Shown: positions 35,729 through 39,565 of the stretch, one piece after another
Position numbering within the stretch: the stretch's first letter is position 1
How the letters are laid out: each line of letters starts with the position of its first letter
From: Octopus bimaculoides
Lineage: Eukaryota
DNA length: 39,565 nucleotides
Reading direction: 5' to 3'
NCBI RefSeq assembly: GCF_001194135.2
Contig: NC_068987.1
Location: forward strand, 26,737,989 to 26,777,553
Position numbers and translations under genes: made by a program
Notes under the pieces: generated by a model
What the model saw: the letters and a program-made list of their open reading frames with translations, nothing else
What the model was told of the DNA's origin: nothing
Database searches by the model: none

Positions 35729-36534
35729 TGAAAAATAAATTAAATAGAGAGATTCAATTGATAATCTAACAATTAATTAATTTTATAATATAACATAATA
35801 TACTATAAATATGATCGAGTATAATATAAAAATCATTAAAAAACCCGAAAAACCAAATATCTTGTTTCGTCTTGTATACATTATTTAATTTATAAATAAT
35901 TCATAGCCATGTATACAAGCCTCTTCAGGGTTTGGTTTCGAAAGACACAGGAAATTCCTTCTAAAAGGACGGCCAGATTGCAAAATACTGATTCAAATTC
36001 CTATGCTTAGGAGCGTGAGCGTTAACTTTTCAAATACATAACAAGAAACATTTAGAAAAAACAAAATTATAACTAACAAAATAATTAAGTAACGAGAATC
36101 TACAACTATAGAAATATGCTTCTATATATCTGAAATGATATTAATCAAAATACATTTAGTTCGAAACGAAGTACCGGGTATCTTAATAATATATAATAAT
36201 AACAATATATAAATGAATAAAGTATCAGGGTCTTACTTAATTTAGAGACGGCAATAAAACGTGTAAGTCAATATTTATTCTCTAAATGTGGCTTTGCATG
36301 TTCTGAATTGAAACTATTTATTTATTTATATGCAAAAGTTTTCATATATTCATAATTACACAAAGAAAGTATATAAATTATAAGTAAATATAATATAGTA
36401 TTATATATTATACTTCAATGGAGAAAGATGCTTATCAATTAGGTATGAATGAATTACTAGAAGTACTAAAAGAAAATAAATATTAAGCGGTTGAACGTCT
36501 GGAGATATTTTTATAACTTCATGTTCTAAGAAAT

Positions 36535-37993
36535 TTGTTTCTTTATTGCCCACAGGGGGCTAACATAGAAGTAACAGCACAACCTGATCGGGGTCAGAAA
36601 CACAGATGAGTATAATTTAAAATTCAAATGCGATTATAATGAAATCGAATGAAATACAACATAAAAGACAAAATTACAAACACACAATGAGATAATAAAA
36701 ATGGGTTAAGCTTCGACCCCACGAACCCTGTTCTGCTACCGGTACCTCTTTCTTCAGCCTTATGGCACGTTCACACCCAGCATTCTTGCTACACGCATCC
36801 ATCTGTCACTAAACATCGTCTGCAACAGACATCTTCTCTCCAACCTCACTTTCCTTTTCAGGTGAAAGGTGAAGAATCTAACCAACCCGAGACCAGAGAT
36901 GAAGTTGCCTGTCGCCAATCCTTTCATTCTCGTCTTCTATATCGCCTCTTTCACAATTGTTACTACTGCAAGAAAGTAATTCTTACCTTCTTGTGTGAGG
37001 AAATCCGGCGGATCAGTTTTTAAAATTGACTCAGGCGACAGCTGTACTCTTAAATCCGACAACAGGTGTTTCGCATAAGTCCACACCTCTGACACTTCCG
37101 GACACTGAATAGCGTGCAGGACAGTTTCCCTTTCCTGCTCGCATTTTGGAGAGTCCGAAGGACCGGCGTGACCGTGTCTGGTGAGCTTATCGCGAACGGG
37201 TAAGGCTCCTCGATAACATTGCCAGGCCACAAAGATTTTTGGAAGTTATCCAAAGTCCCAGGCCCAAATGTCCTTTGGTACAGATCGTCAAACTACTTAT
37301 CATCGAGACCCAGGGTCTCCCCCAGGGCATCATTGTTTCCAGCCTCTACCAACCTGCTATAGAAAGATGCGGTGGTGCCAAAACCGCTGGCACTATTCGA
37401 GCGACGGAACAGTAGGAGGGCCTTACGGCACTCCATAAACCATGTGCCCAACCTCGATCTTCAAAGAAACCAGCTTTCTCGTCCACCGAAACTGTTGAAC
37501 CTAGGAAACATCCGTTTCGCAAGCAGAGACCACACCCATTGACCATTCAGGAGAAACCAGAGGTGCCTCAACATCAACGCGTTCTTGTGCATCATCAGCC
37601 AAGGCATCACTAGTCCTCCTTTCAACTGCTTCTGACAGCAGATAGAACGCCTCACAAGTGGAGTCGAACCCTTCCACAAAAAGCGGAAGATTTGTCTCTC
37701 CAATTTGCTCAACCACGAATCAGGACAGGGAATGGCCGTTAGGTGGTAAATGATGACCGATGCTATAAACGCTTTGGCCACCTCCACGCTCCTTTCAAGG
37801 ATAGCCACCGCCAAGACCAGGTTTTGACTATGAGGGTTACCTAGCTCGACACCTCTGCCCAGTTCTTTTCTACCTGGAGGTCTCGGCCAGATCAGACTCC
37901 CAGAAACTTAACCGGGCCCTCCGTCCAACGTCCCACGACGCTATTCAAAGGCATCGACTTGCCCCTCCAGGTGCTGAGTTGCAAGCCCACTGG
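36535..37993 (-). mobile_element. 5'-truncated Tx1/L1-clade LINE (3' part of ORF2 plus 3' UTR)
   Basis: ORF2 pieces VKFLGV..KNW..WLSLKG..YHLTAIPCP..IFRFLWKG..KGGL; zinc finger PKCEQERETVLHAIQC; C-terminus ..KTRMKGL..RWMRVARMLGVNVP*; T-rich UTR ending in AATAAA. Confidence 0.88.
36758..37993 (-). pseudogene. LINE ORF2 C-terminal region (post-RT and CCHC), with stops and frameshifts
   Basis: ORF-track entries 37461-37814 and 36937-37230, plus manual translation to a stop at ~36758; the RT catalytic motif is absent (truncated). Confidence 0.85.
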
Positions 37994-38009
37994 TATGATA
38001 AAAATAAGT

Positions 38010-38485
38010 TACACTGTTTGTTAACGCTACACCTATGAACGATTAAGTAAAGTATTTAAGAAAATGCTACGCACAACTGTCCTTAAGATCAAAGTTGTAG
38101 AAACGACATGTAGGACTATCAAATCTATATTAAGTAAGTCATACACATTTGATAGGACCACGTGTCGAAATAATTCTGTATTTTAAATTACAGTTTACAA
38201 ACCCACATGTAAACTGTAAAACGAAGAACACCGTATACCAGATTAAGTACCAAGAAGGCACTTGCGCCCTTCTCCCAGTCCTACACTGGTGAGACATCTA
38301 GGAGCATCAATGATTGGTTCAAAGAATACCTGGATAACTACATTGAGAAAATTCCGAACTCCTGCTCCATAGGGATAGTTAGGTTAAATATCTACATATA
38401 TACTATTGATGCAATGCTGAGACAAGTCACCGAAACTGTCTGTATACAGGAGTCCAAACTCACACTCAACCATAAATCCGAATGA
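38010..38485 (+). pseudogene. Penelope-like element GIY-YIG endonuclease remnant
   Basis: Manual translation across frameshifts: LKIKVVETTCRTIKSILSKSY..NCKTKNTVYQIKY..YTGETSRSINDWFKEY..DAMLRQVTETVCIQESKLTLNHKSE*. Confidence 0.8.
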
Positions 38486-38739
38486 AGTCACACCCGGATT
38501 CCACTCGGGAGTACCCACATATGATCATTCTGATATATATATATACATGTAATTATATATAGTTGTATTAGTGTACATAGATTTATATGTATGTACGAAT
38601 GTGTAGATGTACGTGTATTTTAGCGAGTGTGTGTGCGTGTGTGTGTGTGTGTGTTCTATATATATATGTAGATATATATGTATATGTCTATGTAAAATTC
38701 AAAAAAGAAACTATATGGGTTTAGTCGTTGTCTGAATAA

Positions 38740-38982
<243 letters not shown>

Positions 38983-39174
38983 ATGTTTATAATTGCATGT
39001 ATGCATCTAAGACATTGTATCTATTCAACATTAGACGATCGTGAAAGGAACATATGTATATTCAACCTTCGACGGAGTAACAATAATATATACAACTTGA
39101 ACAGACGCACATGTCAGTACATTAATATTCATTTACATGTACATACACAGACGCAGACACATTTACACACTTAC

Positions 39175-39494
39175 ATACGTAAATGCTCACGCACATACAC
39201 ATACATACATGCATACACGAACGCATTTATACATACATACATACACACACATATATATATACATAAATGCATACATACATACAAACATACATACATACAT
39301 ACATACATACATACATACATACATACATACGTAAACACATACATACATTCTGAACTAACTGTTTCTTTTCGAGATGCAGCACCGAGTTTTGTCAGTGAAT
39401 AGGTGAAGGTTTGAAAGCGACGAAAATATGTTGAAATAAATGAAAATTAAATGCTGAAGTGAAACTAAGTGTATTTGTGTGTACTTGAATGGCT

Positions 39495-39527
<33 letters not shown>

Positions 39528-39565
39528 CACGCACACACACACACACATACACACACATACACACA
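39175..39565. repeat. (CATA)n and (CA)n microsatellites
   Basis: Directly visible. Confidence 0.9.

Overview
AT-rich, microsatellite-dense eukaryotic scaffold with nine N-gaps. The SINE families and microsatellite density point to an octopus (cephalopod) genome; this is inferred from recall, not a database search. I can support no host protein-coding gene, so the window looks intronic or intergenic. Most ORF-track entries are gap or microsatellite artefacts. Recognisable content is transposon-derived: (1) a decayed Ty3/Gypsy LTR element (~27.46-31.05 kb) with gag, protease, RT and RNase H but no integrase; (2) the 3' part of a Tx1/L1-clade LINE (minus, ~36.53-37.99 kb) abutting a Penelope GIY-YIG endonuclease fragment; (3) about ten copies of two tRNA-headed SINE families; (4) a hAT MITE with a perfect 8-bp TSD, an 80-bp pogo/Tigger MITE and an RTE 5' end. 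Top signals: several type I hammerhead ribozyme motifs, including an apparently intact one at 20941-20991 within a ~346-bp HHR-bearing tandem unit (retrozyme or Penelope pLTR-like); a 3' tail shared by a TSD-flanked SINE and the Tx1 LINE; and tRNA-Ser PBS-like triplet repeats at the ends of both Gypsy terminal repeats. All alignments and folds were done by eye.
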